Positions 1-9,213 of a DNA stretch of 64,000 bases are shown piece by piece (positions within the stretch are counted from its first letter, which is position 1; every line of letters begins with the position of its first letter). Position numbers and translations under genes: made by a program. Below the pieces are notes generated by a model. The model was not told where the DNA came from. It did not search any database and was given only the letters and a program-made list of their open reading frames with translations. Source of the DNA: Spirochaetia bacterium (GTDB lineage Bacteria; Spirochaetota; Spirochaetia; SZUA-6; Bin103); contig CBDBDQ010000005.1 in NCBI GenBank assembly GCA_965203905.1, positions 1,056,001-1,120,000 on the forward strand. The letters run 5' to 3'.

Positions 1-392
1 AGCTCGGCGCCGGTCAGGGAGTCGGCCAGGGAACAGCCCGAAGCGATGTCGGGCACCACCACCAGCGCGTCGGGGCACAGGATCTTGGCGGTCTCGGCCA
101 TGAACACCACGCCCGCGAACACGATCACGTCGGCGGCGGAGTTGCGCGCCTCCAGGCTCAGCGCGTAGGAGTCGCTCTTGAAGTCGGCCACGCCGTACAC
201 GATTTCCGGGTTGACGTAGGAGTGGGCCAGGATGATGGCGTTCTGCTCCGCCTTGAGGCGGTTGATCTCGCAGGTGAGTGGGGCCACCTCGAAGCAGCGC
301 TCCAGGGTCCATTGGGCACCGGGCTGACACTCGACGTGCAGCAGATTGGAGAACAGCCGTTCCGCTTCCTGTGCCACTGCCCCGTTTGGCAT
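1..392 (-). CDS. nadA: Quinolinate synthase NadA, N-terminal part (runs off window start)
   Basis: Manual translation: ...EINRLKAEQNAIILAHSYVNPEIVYGVADFKSDSYALS...IVFAGVVFMAETAKILCPD...SGCSLADS, which matches the NadA LAHxY, GVxFMAETAKIL and GCSLAD motifs. Not in the ORF track because it is truncated. Confidence 0.93.
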   Translation of the reverse strand, partial: MPNGAVAQEAERLFSNLLHVECQPGAQWTLERCFEVAPLTCEINRLKAEQNAIILAHSYVNPEIVYGVADFKSDSYALSLEARNSAADVIVFAGVVFMAETAKILCPDALVVVPDIASGCSLADSLTGAE

Positions 393-459
393 CGCGTGAC
401 CGTCTAGTTAGTTACTCACGCCGCCCCACCCATGTCAACGGCCGCGAGCGCAATTGCCG

Positions 460-846
460 CTACCAGATGCGGGTAACTGCGTAGTCGTCGAACGCCCGGT
501 CGACGCTTACGATCGGGAGGTTCTCCACCATCGCCTGGGCGATGAGCAGCCGATCGAACGGGTCGCGATGATGCCACGGCAGCCGGCCGACCTCGCTGGC
601 ATGGCGGTAAGAAATCCCCAGTTGTTGGAATCCGTGCTCCTGCAGCAGGCGGGCGAATTCCGGGTAGAGCGGCCGCGAAATTGCGAGCTTGCCCTGACCT
701 GCCTTGATCGCCATCTCCCACACGGAGGCGATGCTGTAGGTCGGGGTGTTGTCGAGATCCTCGATGGCCGCCTTGGCGCGGTGGGAGAGCGCCGGCGCGT
801 CTTCCACGAACCACAGCACCGTGTGGGTATCGAGCAGGAGCGTCAC
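460..846 (-). CDS. vapC: VapC-family PIN domain toxin
   Basis: 128 aa; LLLDTH, SIASVWEMAIK, HRDPFDRLLIAQA and VSVD PIN motifs; GTG start abuts the antitoxin stop. Confidence 0.93.
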   Translation of the reverse strand: MTLLLDTHTVLWFVEDAPALSHRAKAAIEDLDNTPTYSIASVWEMAIKAGQGKLAISRPLYPEFARLLQEHGFQQLGISYRHASEVGRLPWHHRDPFDRLLIAQAMVENLPIVSVDRAFDDYAVTRIW

Positions 847-1080
847 TTACCGGTAGTCGGCGAAGTCGTCCAACGGAGCGTCGAAGTCCGGGGCGATGTA
901 GGTGAACGTCCCCTTGGCGAAACCGGCCCGACGCGCCCGGCTCGGCGGTGCGACGGGCCTGAGCTCCGCGATTCGTTTGCCACGGCGCGTCAGGTAGAAG
1001 CTCTTTCCTTCAAGCACCTGATTCAATAGCGCCGAGAGGTTGGTCTTCGCTTCCAGCGTGCCGATCTCTTCAATCTGCAT
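847..1080 (-). CDS. Phd/YefM-family antitoxin
   Basis: 77 aa; EAKTNLSALL...LTRRGKRIAEL and C-terminal DFDAPLDDF; lies directly upstream of vapC. Confidence 0.9.
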   Translation of the reverse strand: MQIEEIGTLEAKTNLSALLNQVLEGKSFYLTRRGKRIAELRPVAPPSRARRAGFAKGTFTYIAPDFDAPLDDFADYR

Positions 1081-1144
1081 GGCGATTCAATGTAGTCAGA
1101 ATGGTCAGCTTGAGCAACGCGGCTACATCCCCGCAACCAGCCGC

Positions 1145-1984
1145 CTAGCTCACGGCACGGCGGTAGAGGCGCACGGCCAGCGGCGCGGCCAGCACCAGAA
1201 TGGCGAGCGACCACAGCACGGCGGCGGTGACCTCCCCGGCCACCGTCTGCGAGGGTGCCAGCGCCCCCTGGCCGAGGATCAGGCTGCGCACCGCGTTGGC
1301 GGTGCGGGTAACCGGCTGGTGGTCGGCAAACACGCGCAGCCAGCCCGGCAGCGTCTCGGTCGGCACGAATACGGAGCTGGCGAACACCAGTGGAAAGGTC
1401 GGAATCATCGCCGCCGGCTGCGCCGCCTCGGAGTTCTTGACGCCCAGACCGATGCAGGCCATCACCCATGACAGGGCAAAGGCGAACATCATCGCCACCA
1501 GCACACCGCCAATCAGCGGCAGGAACGAGGTCTGCGGCCGGAAGCCGAGCACGTAGCCCAGCACGAGCACCAGGGCAAGCACGAAGATGTTGCGGATCAG
1601 ATCGGCCACCGTGCGCCCGGCGAGCACCGCGGAGCGCGCCATCGGCAGCGAGCGGAAGCGGTCGATCACGCCGTTGTTGAGGTCTTCGATCAGCCCCATC
1701 GCAGTCTGCAGGGAGCCGAATGCGACCATCTGCAGCAGCACGCCCGGCAGCAGCCAGTTGAGGTACTCACCGCCGGCCGCGGCCGGAATCGAGCGGCCCA
1801 CCGCACCGCCGAACACGTAGTTGAACAGGATCAGGAACATGACCGGCTGTACGGTGGCGAACAGCACGAGCTGCGGCATGCGCACGACGCGCAACAGGTT
1901 GCGCCGCGCGATCATCACCGTGTCCTTGAGGGCGTGGGCCGGCGAGACGCGGGCGCGCCGCCGCGGCTGCGAGGGTCCACTCAT
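1145..1984 (-). CDS. ABC-2 type exporter permease (DrrB-like)
   Basis: About six TM segments; GVIDRFRSLPMARSAVLAGR and FASSVFVP motifs; start taken at MSGPSQ (ATGA overlap with the ATPase stop). Confidence 0.9.
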   Translation of the reverse strand: MSGPSQPRRRARVSPAHALKDTVMIARRNLLRVVRMPQLVLFATVQPVMFLILFNYVFGGAVGRSIPAAAGGEYLNWLLPGVLLQMVAFGSLQTAMGLIEDLNNGVIDRFRSLPMARSAVLAGRTVADLIRNIFVLALVLVLGYVLGFRPQTSFLPLIGGVLVAMMFAFALSWVMACIGLGVKNSEAAQPAAMIPTFPLVFASSVFVPTETLPGWLRVFADHQPVTRTANAVRSLILGQGALAPSQTVAGEVTAAVLWSLAILVLAAPLAVRLYRRAVS

Positions 1985-2967
1985 GGCCGTCCTCCGGCGC
2001 GGCGCCGGCGGCCGCGTCTGCCGCGCCGCCTGCCGTTGCCGGTCTCCGTGGGCGTGGTGGCGTGCCCGGTCAGCGCGACGAACACGTCGTCCAGGGTCGG
2101 GCGGCGCAGCCCGATGTCGGTGGGAGTGATGCCGGCGGCGTCGAGGGTACGCACGGCGGCGACCAGCGAAGCCGGACCTTCCGGGGCGGGCAGGGTTATG
2201 GTGCGCGCCGCTCCCCGATCGGCGCCGAGGGCCACGCAGGTGGCCTCCTGCACCTCCTCGGGTACGTCGATGTGGATCACCGCCCCGCCCAGACGGTCCT
2301 TCAACTGGTTGCCGGTCCCCTCGCTGATCAGCTTGCCCTCGTTGATCACGCCGATGCGATGGGCGAGCTGGTCCGCTTCGTCGAGATACTGGGTGGTCAG
2401 CAGCACGGTGGTGCCGGAACCCACCAGGTCGCGGATCAGGGCCCACACCTCCAGCCGGCTGCGCGGGTCGATGCCGGTGGTCGGCTCGTCCAGGAACAGC
2501 ACGTCCGGGCGCCCCACCAGTGAAGCGGCCAGGTCTAGGCGCCGCTTCATGCCGCCGGAGTAGGTGCGCACCAGGCGGTCGGCGTCATTCGCCAGCGAAA
2601 ACCGCTCCAGCACCTCCGCGGCGCGCTCGCGGGCGGTACGCGCGTTCAGGTTGTACAACCGGCCCACCATCTCCACCGCCTCGCGGCCGGTCAGGTACTC
2701 GTCCACGGCGGCGAACTGACCTGCCAGTCCGATGCGGTTGCGCACCGCCACCGGGTCGTGCACCACGTCGATGCCGGCCACGGTCGCGGATCCTCCGTCG
2801 GGCCGGAGCAGCGTCGCCAGGACCCGGATCAGCGTGGTCTTGCCGGCGCCGTTCGGTCCCAGCAGGGCATAGATGATGCCGGGCTCGATCTCCAGGCTGA
2901 CGCCGGCGAGGGCATGGATGTTGCCGAACCGCTTCTCGACCTGCTCGGCATGTACGATTGGTTGCAT
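1981..2967 (-). CDS. ABC exporter ATP-binding protein (DrrA-like)
   Basis: GPNGAGKT, YSGGMKRRLDLA, LFLDEPTTG, LTTQY and C-terminal PTLDDVF motifs. Confidence 0.93.
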   Translation of the reverse strand: MQPIVHAEQVEKRFGNIHALAGVSLEIEPGIIYALLGPNGAGKTTLIRVLATLLRPDGGSATVAGIDVVHDPVAVRNRIGLAGQFAAVDEYLTGREAVEMVGRLYNLNARTARERAAEVLERFSLANDADRLVRTYSGGMKRRLDLAASLVGRPDVLFLDEPTTGIDPRSRLEVWALIRDLVGSGTTVLLTTQYLDEADQLAHRIGVINEGKLISEGTGNQLKDRLGGAVIHIDVPEEVQEATCVALGADRGAARTITLPAPEGPASLVAAVRTLDAAGITPTDIGLRRPTLDDVFVALTGHATTPTETGNGRRRGRRGRRRRAGGRP

Positions 2968-3029
2968 ACGAGAGTCCGCCGCGAAGATACCCAAATCCGT
3001 GCCGACGGCGATGAACTCCCGGTGAACGA

Positions 3030-3287
3030 GGCAGTTACGATGCCGCCACGCTGCTGCTCAACGCCATCGCAACCGCGGCCGTGGCGGAGCATGGCAGGAT
3101 CACCCTGGACCGTGCCGCGCTGCGGGCGGCGCTGACCGCCACGCACGACTTCCAGGGCATCACCGGTGTCCTCTCCTGCGACGCCTTCGGCGACTGCGGT
3201 ACCGGCCGCATCAACATCTATCACCACCGCGACTCAGGCATCACCGACGCTGGCCAGGTCCCGGTGGTGTACCGGTTTTCTCCATGA
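3030..3287 (+). pseudogene. C-terminal remnant of a branched-chain amino acid ABC substrate-binding protein (LivJ/LivK-like)
   Basis: The frame reads SYDAATLLLNAIATAA...DRAALRAALTATHDFQGITGVLSCDAFGD, a typical end of Peripla_BP_6 proteins. In-frame TGA at 3012 and no N-terminal 300 aa. Confidence 0.7.
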
Positions 3288-3328
3288 GCGGCGGCGACTG
3301 CGCACGCCGCAGCACCGATGTTTCCCGG

Positions 3329-5110
3329 CTACTCGCGGCCGGGCGCGAGCGACAGGAGCTGCATGCGGTAGAGGCGGGCGTACACCCCGTTGCGGGCCAG
3401 CAGGTCGGCGTGGCGGCCCTCCTCCACCAGGCGCCCGTGGTGCAATACCAGGATCCGCTCCACCGAGCGGATGGTGGAGAGGCGGTGGGCGATGATGATC
3501 GCGGTGCGCCCGTGCAGCAGGGTGTCCAGCGCGGTCTCGATGACCCGCTCCGATTCGGCGTCGACGCTGGCGGTGGCCTCGTCCATGATCACCACGCCGG
3601 GGTCGAGCAGGAAGGCGCGGGCGAACGCCAAAAGCTGCTTCTGCCCCGAGGACAGCGACTTGCCCTCCTCCAGCACCTCGTGGTCGAAGCCGTGCGGCAG
3701 GGCGCGGATGAACGGCGTGGCGCCCACCGCTTCCGCCGCCGCCTCCACCTGGGCCCGGGTCACGCCCGGTGCGCGCAGCGAGATGTTGTCGGCGATAGAG
3801 CCGCTGAACAGGAACAGGTCCTGCGGCACGGTGGCGATGCGCCGCCGCAGGTAGGCCAGGGGCAGCCGCCGCACGTCGGTGGCGTCCACCAGGACCCGCC
3901 CCCGCTGCACGTCGTAGAGCCGGTTGACCAGGTTGATGACGGTGCTCTTGCCGGCGCCCGTGCTCCCCACCAGCGCCACCCGCTGCCCCGGCTCCACCGC
4001 GAACGACAGCTCCTCCAGCACCGGGTGGGCGGCGTCGTAGCCGAACCGCACCTGCTCCAGCGCCACCGCCGCCGCCGTTCCCCGATCACCGCCGCCGCCC
4101 GCCACCGCCGGCAGCAGCGGACGCTCGGGCTCGGTAATCGACTCCGCGCGGTCGAGCAGGCGGAAGATGCGGTTGGCGGCGGCCAGCGTCGCCTGAAACG
4201 TGTTGAAGCGTTCGGCCAACTGCCGCAGCGGCCGGTACAGCATCATGATGTAGGCGAAGAAGGCGAAGATCTCGCCCGGCTGCACCGCGGTCCCGAGCGC
4301 CCGGTGAGCGTAGCCCAGGATGATGATCAGGCTGAGCGTGGCGAGCAGCTCCAGAGCCGGGAAGTAGTAGGAGTAGGAGTTGATCACCCGCAGGAACGCC
4401 TCCAGGTAGCGGCGGTTGTGGGTGGTGAAGGTGGCCAGGACCCGCCGCTGGTAATTCAGCATCGTCACCTCGCGCATGCCGGTGATCGCCTCCACCAGGG
4501 TGGTGTTGATGCGGGCGTTGGCCTCCCGCACGGCGCCGTAACCGTGACGGATGGCATTGCGAAACAGCCAGGTGACCACGCCGAAGAACGGCAGGGTGAG
4601 GAACGCCGCCAGCGCCAGCCGTGGGTTGATGAACAGCATGGCGCCAAGGATCACTACCACCTGGAACGAGTCGCCGAGCAGCGACACCAGCCCCTGGGAG
4701 ATGAACTGGCGGATCGCCTCCACGTCGCTGGTGACGTTGGTGAGCGTGGCGCCGACCGCGGTGCGGTCGAAGTAGTCGTGTCCCAGGCCCAGCACCTTGC
4801 GGAACAGGTGCATGCGCAGGTCGTACAGCAGGCGCTGGCCGAGGTACTCGACCGTGTAGGTGAACGCCACCTGGCCGCCGAGCTGGCCGATCAGGGCAGC
4901 ACCCAGGAGCAGCGCCGTGCGCGCCAGCCCGGCCAGGTCGCCGGCCGCCACGTCGCGGTCGATGCCCACCTTGGTCAGATAGGGCACCAGCACCTGCAGC
5001 AGGTCGGTGACCAGCACCAGCAGGGCCGCGACCGCCAGCAGCAGCGGGTGCGCGCGCACGTAGCGCAGCAGGCGCGCCAGCAGCCGCAGGTCGCGCGGTC
5101 CCTCGGTCAT
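3329..5110 (-). CDS. Multidrug-type ABC transporter, fused permease/ATPase (MdlB/YheH-like half)
   Basis: 593 aa; TM domain plus GSTGAGKS, LSSGQKQ, IMDEATA and IAHRLST. Confidence 0.93.
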   Translation of the reverse strand: MTEGPRDLRLLARLLRYVRAHPLLLAVAALLVLVTDLLQVLVPYLTKVGIDRDVAAGDLAGLARTALLLGAALIGQLGGQVAFTYTVEYLGQRLLYDLRMHLFRKVLGLGHDYFDRTAVGATLTNVTSDVEAIRQFISQGLVSLLGDSFQVVVILGAMLFINPRLALAAFLTLPFFGVVTWLFRNAIRHGYGAVREANARINTTLVEAITGMREVTMLNYQRRVLATFTTHNRRYLEAFLRVINSYSYYFPALELLATLSLIIILGYAHRALGTAVQPGEIFAFFAYIMMLYRPLRQLAERFNTFQATLAAANRIFRLLDRAESITEPERPLLPAVAGGGGDRGTAAAVALEQVRFGYDAAHPVLEELSFAVEPGQRVALVGSTGAGKSTVINLVNRLYDVQRGRVLVDATDVRRLPLAYLRRRIATVPQDLFLFSGSIADNISLRAPGVTRAQVEAAAEAVGATPFIRALPHGFDHEVLEEGKSLSSGQKQLLAFARAFLLDPGVVIMDEATASVDAESERVIETALDTLLHGRTAIIIAHRLSTIRSVERILVLHHGRLVEEGRHADLLARNGVYARLYRMQLLSLAPGRE

Positions 5111-6903
5111 GCCAGGTACTGCTCCAGCCGCTGCAGCTCGGCCAGCCGCGCGTAGCGGCCGCCGGCACGCAGCAGCCGCTCGTGGCTGCCCTGCTCCACG
5201 ACACGGCCCTCCTCCAGCACCAGGATGCGATCCGCCAGCCGCAACGCCGAGGTACGCTGTGACACCAGCACCACGGTTCGCGTCGGGCTCCCGGCCCGCT
5301 CCCGCAGCGCGGACAGAATCTCCGTCTCGGTGGCCGAGTCGACGCTGGAAAGGGCGTCATCGAGGATCAGCAGGTCGCTCTCCCTGACCAGTGCACGAGC
5401 CAGGGCCAGGCGTTGCTTCTGGCCGCCGGAGAGGGTGATGCCGCGCTCGCCGACGAGCTGGTCGTAGCCGTCCGGAAAGGTCGCGATGTCCGCACTCAGG
5501 GCGGCAGCCGCAGCGGCAGCCTCGATGCGTTGGCGGGACACCGTCTCCTCCGCCCCCATCGCGATGTTCTCCGCCACGGTCATCGAGAACAGGAACGTCT
5601 CCTGCGGCACCACCGCCACCCGCCGCCGCAACGCCAGCGGATCCAGCTCCGCCAGCGGCAGTCCCCCTACCGTGACCCGCCCACCGGTGGGATGCACGAT
5701 GGCGGTCAGCAGCGCCAGCAGGGTGCTCTTGCCGCTCCCCACCGGTCCGGTGATCCCGACCGTAGCACCCGGCTCGAGCTGCAGGTCGATCCCGCGCAGC
5801 GACTCCTGGACCGCCTCGGGGTAGCGGTAGCGGACGCCCTGCAGCTCGACTCGCACACCTCCGGCCGGCACTGCCGCCCCGCTGCGCCGCTCCGAGCGCG
5901 CGGTGAGGATGGTCTCGATGCGCTCCATCGCGCTCACCCCCTGCTGCAGCAGCGAGGTGACCCAGCCCAGCGACATGATCGGGAACGCCAGCAGCGCCAC
6001 CATGGTCGAGAACTGCAGCAGCTCGCCGATGCTCAGCTCGTCGCGGATTACCGCCGACCCGCCCAGCCACAGCGTCACCAGTTGCAGCAGCCCGAACACC
6101 AGTCCCAGCAGCGGCCACAGCACTCCGCGAATCTTGAGCACCTGCATGTTGGCGCGCACGTAGCCGCGGTTCAGCTCCGCGAACTGCTCCTTCTGCTGCG
6201 CCTCGGCGGCGTACAGCTTGACCGTGGTGATGCCGGTGACGGTCTGCCAGGCGCGGTCGTTGATCGCGGCGACCTGCTCCTGCACGGCGCGGAACAGCGG
6301 GCGGAAGCGCGGGATCACCACCAGGTTGACCGCCACCAGCAGGGCCGCCACCAGCAGCAGGGCCGCGGTCATCAGCGCGTGCAGTCCCAGCATCAGCGGC
6401 AGGAACAGCGCCAGGCGCGACAGCGCGTCCGGGATGTACATCATCCCGGGTCCGAGGAGCATGCGCACGTCGTTGAGGTCGTTGGTGCAGCGCGAGATGA
6501 GGTCGCCGGTACGGCGCCGCTGATAGAACCCGAACTCCAGGCTGATCAGGCGCCGGAACAGTGCATCCCTGAGGTCATACTCGATGCGCCGCGACACCCC
6601 GATGATCAGCTTGCGCATCAGGAACATGCAGCCGCCGGCCAGCACGGTGAAGCCGGTCGCGGCCAGCGCCGCGGCGCGTACCGGTGGCAGCCGGTTGGCC
6701 CCGACGATCTCGTCCAGCAGGCGCTGGATCCACACCGGGATGCGGGCGAACGCCCAGTTCTGGGCCAGCATGAAGGCAAAGCCGACCGCCAGCGGCAGGG
6801 CGTAGCGGCCCAGGAGTGGGAGCAGGTGACGGAGCGCGCGGATGGTGGGTACCCGTTGGTAGCAGTAGTAGTGATCAGCCGCATCCGGGATGGGCTGCAG
6901 CAA
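5107..6903 (-). CDS. Multidrug-type ABC transporter, fused permease/ATPase (MdlA/YheI-like half); start uncertain
   Basis: RTGDLISRCTNDL, GPVGSGKS, LSGGQKQR and a degenerate ILDDALS/VSQR site typical of heterodimeric exporters. Homology begins near 6850 and the nearest canonical start is TTG at 6903. Confidence 0.88.
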   Translation of the reverse strand: MLQPIPDAADHYYCYQRVPTIRALRHLLPLLGRYALPLAVGFAFMLAQNWAFARIPVWIQRLLDEIVGANRLPPVRAAALAATGFTVLAGGCMFLMRKLIIGVSRRIEYDLRDALFRRLISLEFGFYQRRRTGDLISRCTNDLNDVRMLLGPGMMYIPDALSRLALFLPLMLGLHALMTAALLLVAALLVAVNLVVIPRFRPLFRAVQEQVAAINDRAWQTVTGITTVKLYAAEAQQKEQFAELNRGYVRANMQVLKIRGVLWPLLGLVFGLLQLVTLWLGGSAVIRDELSIGELLQFSTMVALLAFPIMSLGWVTSLLQQGVSAMERIETILTARSERRSGAAVPAGGVRVELQGVRYRYPEAVQESLRGIDLQLEPGATVGITGPVGSGKSTLLALLTAIVHPTGGRVTVGGLPLAELDPLALRRRVAVVPQETFLFSMTVAENIAMGAEETVSRQRIEAAAAAAALSADIATFPDGYDQLVGERGITLSGGQKQRLALARALVRESDLLILDDALSSVDSATETEILSALRERAGSPTRTVVLVSQRTSALRLADRILVLEEGRVVEQGSHERLLRAGGRYARLAELQRLEQYLA

Positions 6904-7104
6904 GGGTACCCCGAATCGCCGCGTTGACAAAGCCAGGCAGCGTTGCTCGCCTCGCAAGCGGCGACCTCGTCGCCGGAGTTCGCCGGAGCCGGGGCCGTTG
7001 ACGCCGGTGGTCAGGATCGGGTATCGCTTGACGGGCACGACCGAGGCTTGGCCCTCGACGCCGCCTCCCGCCCTACCTGACTTGCGTGTCGTGTAGGAGC
7101 CCAT

Positions 7105-8727
7105 ATGGACTGGCCAATCGCTATCGTCATTGCCGTTTTCGGTCTCATGTTGGGCTTGGCCGCTCTGACAGCTCCGGCGCACTTCGAGACCACCCCTCCC
7201 GCCGTCGAAACACCACCACTGGAGCCGCTCGAAACATTCCGCTCGACGGCACATGTCCCCATTTCGTTCCCGATCGCAAAACTGGATCCGATCATGCCGC
7301 GCGAGGCCACTCCGGCGCTCGACCCGCTCCCTACCCAGCTCTCCACGGCCCGCATCCCGATCTCGTTTCCCGTGGACAGGCTCGACGCAGACCAGCCGCA
7401 GGCGGCGACCCCGACGCTGCAACCGCTGCCGACGCGGCGCTCTTCGGTGCTCTTGCCGGTATCCGTTCTCGTCGCGAGCATCGAGCGGGAGGTCGACCGG
7501 CTCATCGCCAGAACCCGCAAGGTAACGGGAAGCGCACCGTGGCTGCTTGGAAGCGTCGACTATGAGGTGGCGGTCGAGCGCACCGACATCACGCTCAGCG
7601 GATCTGACGCGGGGTTCGTCGCCGAGACCCGGGCGTCGATCACCGGGCCGGTCGGCTGGTGGATATTTTCGGGCACGCTCAACGCTTCCGCGCAGATACA
7701 GGCAACCATGGCGCCGGCGTTTCAAGGGGACTGGCGGATCAATCCCGGATTGGCACTGAAGGGGCACGTTGCGTCCGCCCACATAGCGTCGATCCTGCCC
7801 GACATCGGGGTTCGGAGATTGGTGGCCAAACGCGTCGACGACTACCTTGCCCGCGAGCAGAGGAAGCTCGAAGACAGCATCTCGAACAGCGACTTCATCG
7901 AGACGCTCGCCCGAAAGGGATGGCAGGGACTATGCCGCAGTTTCCCGATTTCCTCGGACCCGGAAGTGTGGCTGGAGGTGCGCCCCACCGCCGCCAGCGT
8001 TGCCAGCCCGAGCATCGACGACGAGCGCATGAACACCGAGCTGGCACTCGAGTTCGAATTGCGCGTGGTCGATCACGAAACTCAGCCCGTATGCGGGTTT
8101 CCGGATGTCGCGAGCGATGATTTCAGGGATGGCGGCATCAACATCGTGCTGCCGGTGGAGATCACGTATGACACGCTGAGCACGTTCCTTGACGATCAGG
8201 TCGCGGGCCGGAGCTTCGCCGACGACAACAACTCGGTTACGTTCGAATCCCTTGAGGTTCGCCCTTACGGCCGCTCCGTACTGTTTCACGCGGAGCTCAT
8301 CGTGCAGGCCCCCGGTTGGTTCGAGACCCCCGCCAAAGGCGTCATTTACATTTCCGGCGAACCGCGCCTCGACGTCGACGACCAGAGTCTGAGCTATGCC
8401 AATCTGCAACTCGACACCTCGTCGCGCCAGGCGCTGCTCGGACTCGGTCTGGAGATCGCAGAGCCGGTGATCCTTGATGCCCTGGAGGATGTCAGGTTCG
8501 ATCTGAAGCCGCACCTTCGGAGGTTGGAGGACATGGCAACAGAAGCGCTCGACAAACTGGAGCGATCGATTCCGGGTGTCGCCATAGACGCGACCCGCCC
8601 TGCGATCCGACTCGACCGGATCGACGTGGGTCGCGAGTATCTGCGCCTGGTTGCGCGAGTCACGGGAACGCTGGCGGTCGATGTCCAGACCCTTCCCTGG
8701 AGAACAGAACAAGAAATCGGCAATTGA
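7105..8727 (+). CDS. Exported/membrane-anchored protein, probably DUF4403 family
   Basis: 540 aa; AGGAG RBS; N-terminal hydrophobic helix; beta-rich two-lobed pattern (W..L...I......VWLEVRP; KGVIYISGEP.LD). Confidence 0.65.
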   Translation: MDWPIAIVIAVFGLMLGLAALTAPAHFETTPPAVETPPLEPLETFRSTAHVPISFPIAKLDPIMPREATPALDPLPTQLSTARIPISFPVDRLDADQPQAATPTLQPLPTRRSSVLLPVSVLVASIEREVDRLIARTRKVTGSAPWLLGSVDYEVAVERTDITLSGSDAGFVAETRASITGPVGWWIFSGTLNASAQIQATMAPAFQGDWRINPGLALKGHVASAHIASILPDIGVRRLVAKRVDDYLAREQRKLEDSISNSDFIETLARKGWQGLCRSFPISSDPEVWLEVRPTAASVASPSIDDERMNTELALEFELRVVDHETQPVCGFPDVASDDFRDGGINIVLPVEITYDTLSTFLDDQVAGRSFADDNNSVTFESLEVRPYGRSVLFHAELIVQAPGWFETPAKGVIYISGEPRLDVDDQSLSYANLQLDTSSRQALLGLGLEIAEPVILDALEDVRFDLKPHLRRLEDMATEALDKLERSIPGVAIDATRPAIRLDRIDVGREYLRLVARVTGTLAVDVQTLPWRTEQEIGN

Positions 8728-8735
8728 ACCCGGGC

Positions 8736-8825
8736 CTATCTGCGGCCGAGCACGACTCCCGGGAGCGCCAGTATTCGATTGTTATTCACAATTCGATTGT
8801 AGTTCACAATTCGATTGTAGTTCAC
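8736..8825 (-). pseudogene. 29-aa ORF / truncated next gene of the GntR operon
   Basis: AAGGAG RBS, then GTG overlapping the GntR TGA; translates MNYNRIVNYNRIVNNNRILALPGVVLGRR*. Confidence 0.4.
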
Positions 8826-8826
8826 C
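8773..8826. repeat. 18-bp tandem repeat, 3 copies (ATTCGATTGTWRTTCACM)
   Basis: Copies at 8773-8790, 8791-8808 and 8809-8826, with no spacers. Confidence 0.95.
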
Positions 8827-9211
8827 GTACGACTCCTTCTTCATTGCCCGTCGACCGGCTGCGGTCACGGTAGTGGCGTTCCAGATCGCCCAGATCCAGA
8901 CCGAGCAGTTCCATGGTCTTGAACAGTTGCGGCAGGTCGCGGTCCACGAAGCTGCGGCGCTTGAGCTCGCGTGCCTGATGATACGCGCGCTCGGCCACGA
9001 AATAGCCGATGCCGCGCCGATTGTAGATGATGCCCCGGTCCTGCAGGTAGGCGTAGGTACGGGTGACGGTGTTGGGATTCACCTGCACGTCCATCGCCAG
9101 CTCGCGGATCGATGGAATGCGGTCCCCGCCCTGCCACAGGCGCCGCAGGATGTTCTCGCAGATGTAGTCGCCGATCTGCAGGTAGATCGCCTGCGGTTGC
9201 GTGAACTCCAT
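8822..9211 (-). CDS. GntR family regulator, YtrA subfamily
   Basis: 129 aa from MEFTQPQAIYLQI; RIPSIRELA..VQVNPNTVTRTY..L...GII...RGIGYFV; short C-terminus; lies in an operon with an ABC transporter. Confidence 0.93.
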   Translation of the reverse strand: MEFTQPQAIYLQIGDYICENILRRLWQGGDRIPSIRELAMDVQVNPNTVTRTYAYLQDRGIIYNRRGIGYFVAERAYHQARELKRRSFVDRDLPQLFKTMELLGLDLGDLERHYRDRSRSTGNEEGVVR

Positions 9212-9213
9212 GG

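Noticed and set aside
3284-6927. Long plus-strand ORFs (623 aa, 504 aa) and similar ORFs across the suf, thr and clp regions
   Set aside because: They are antisense or alternate-frame shadows typical of high-GC DNA, with no motifs.
6904-7782. N-terminal 290 aa of the 891-aa ORF 5107..7782
   Set aside because: It is an antisense shadow of the DUF4403-like gene plus intergenic DNA; transporter homology starts near 6850.
8773-8826. 18-bp repeats as a CRISPR array
   Set aside because: The units are contiguous with no spacers, too short, and there are no cas genes.
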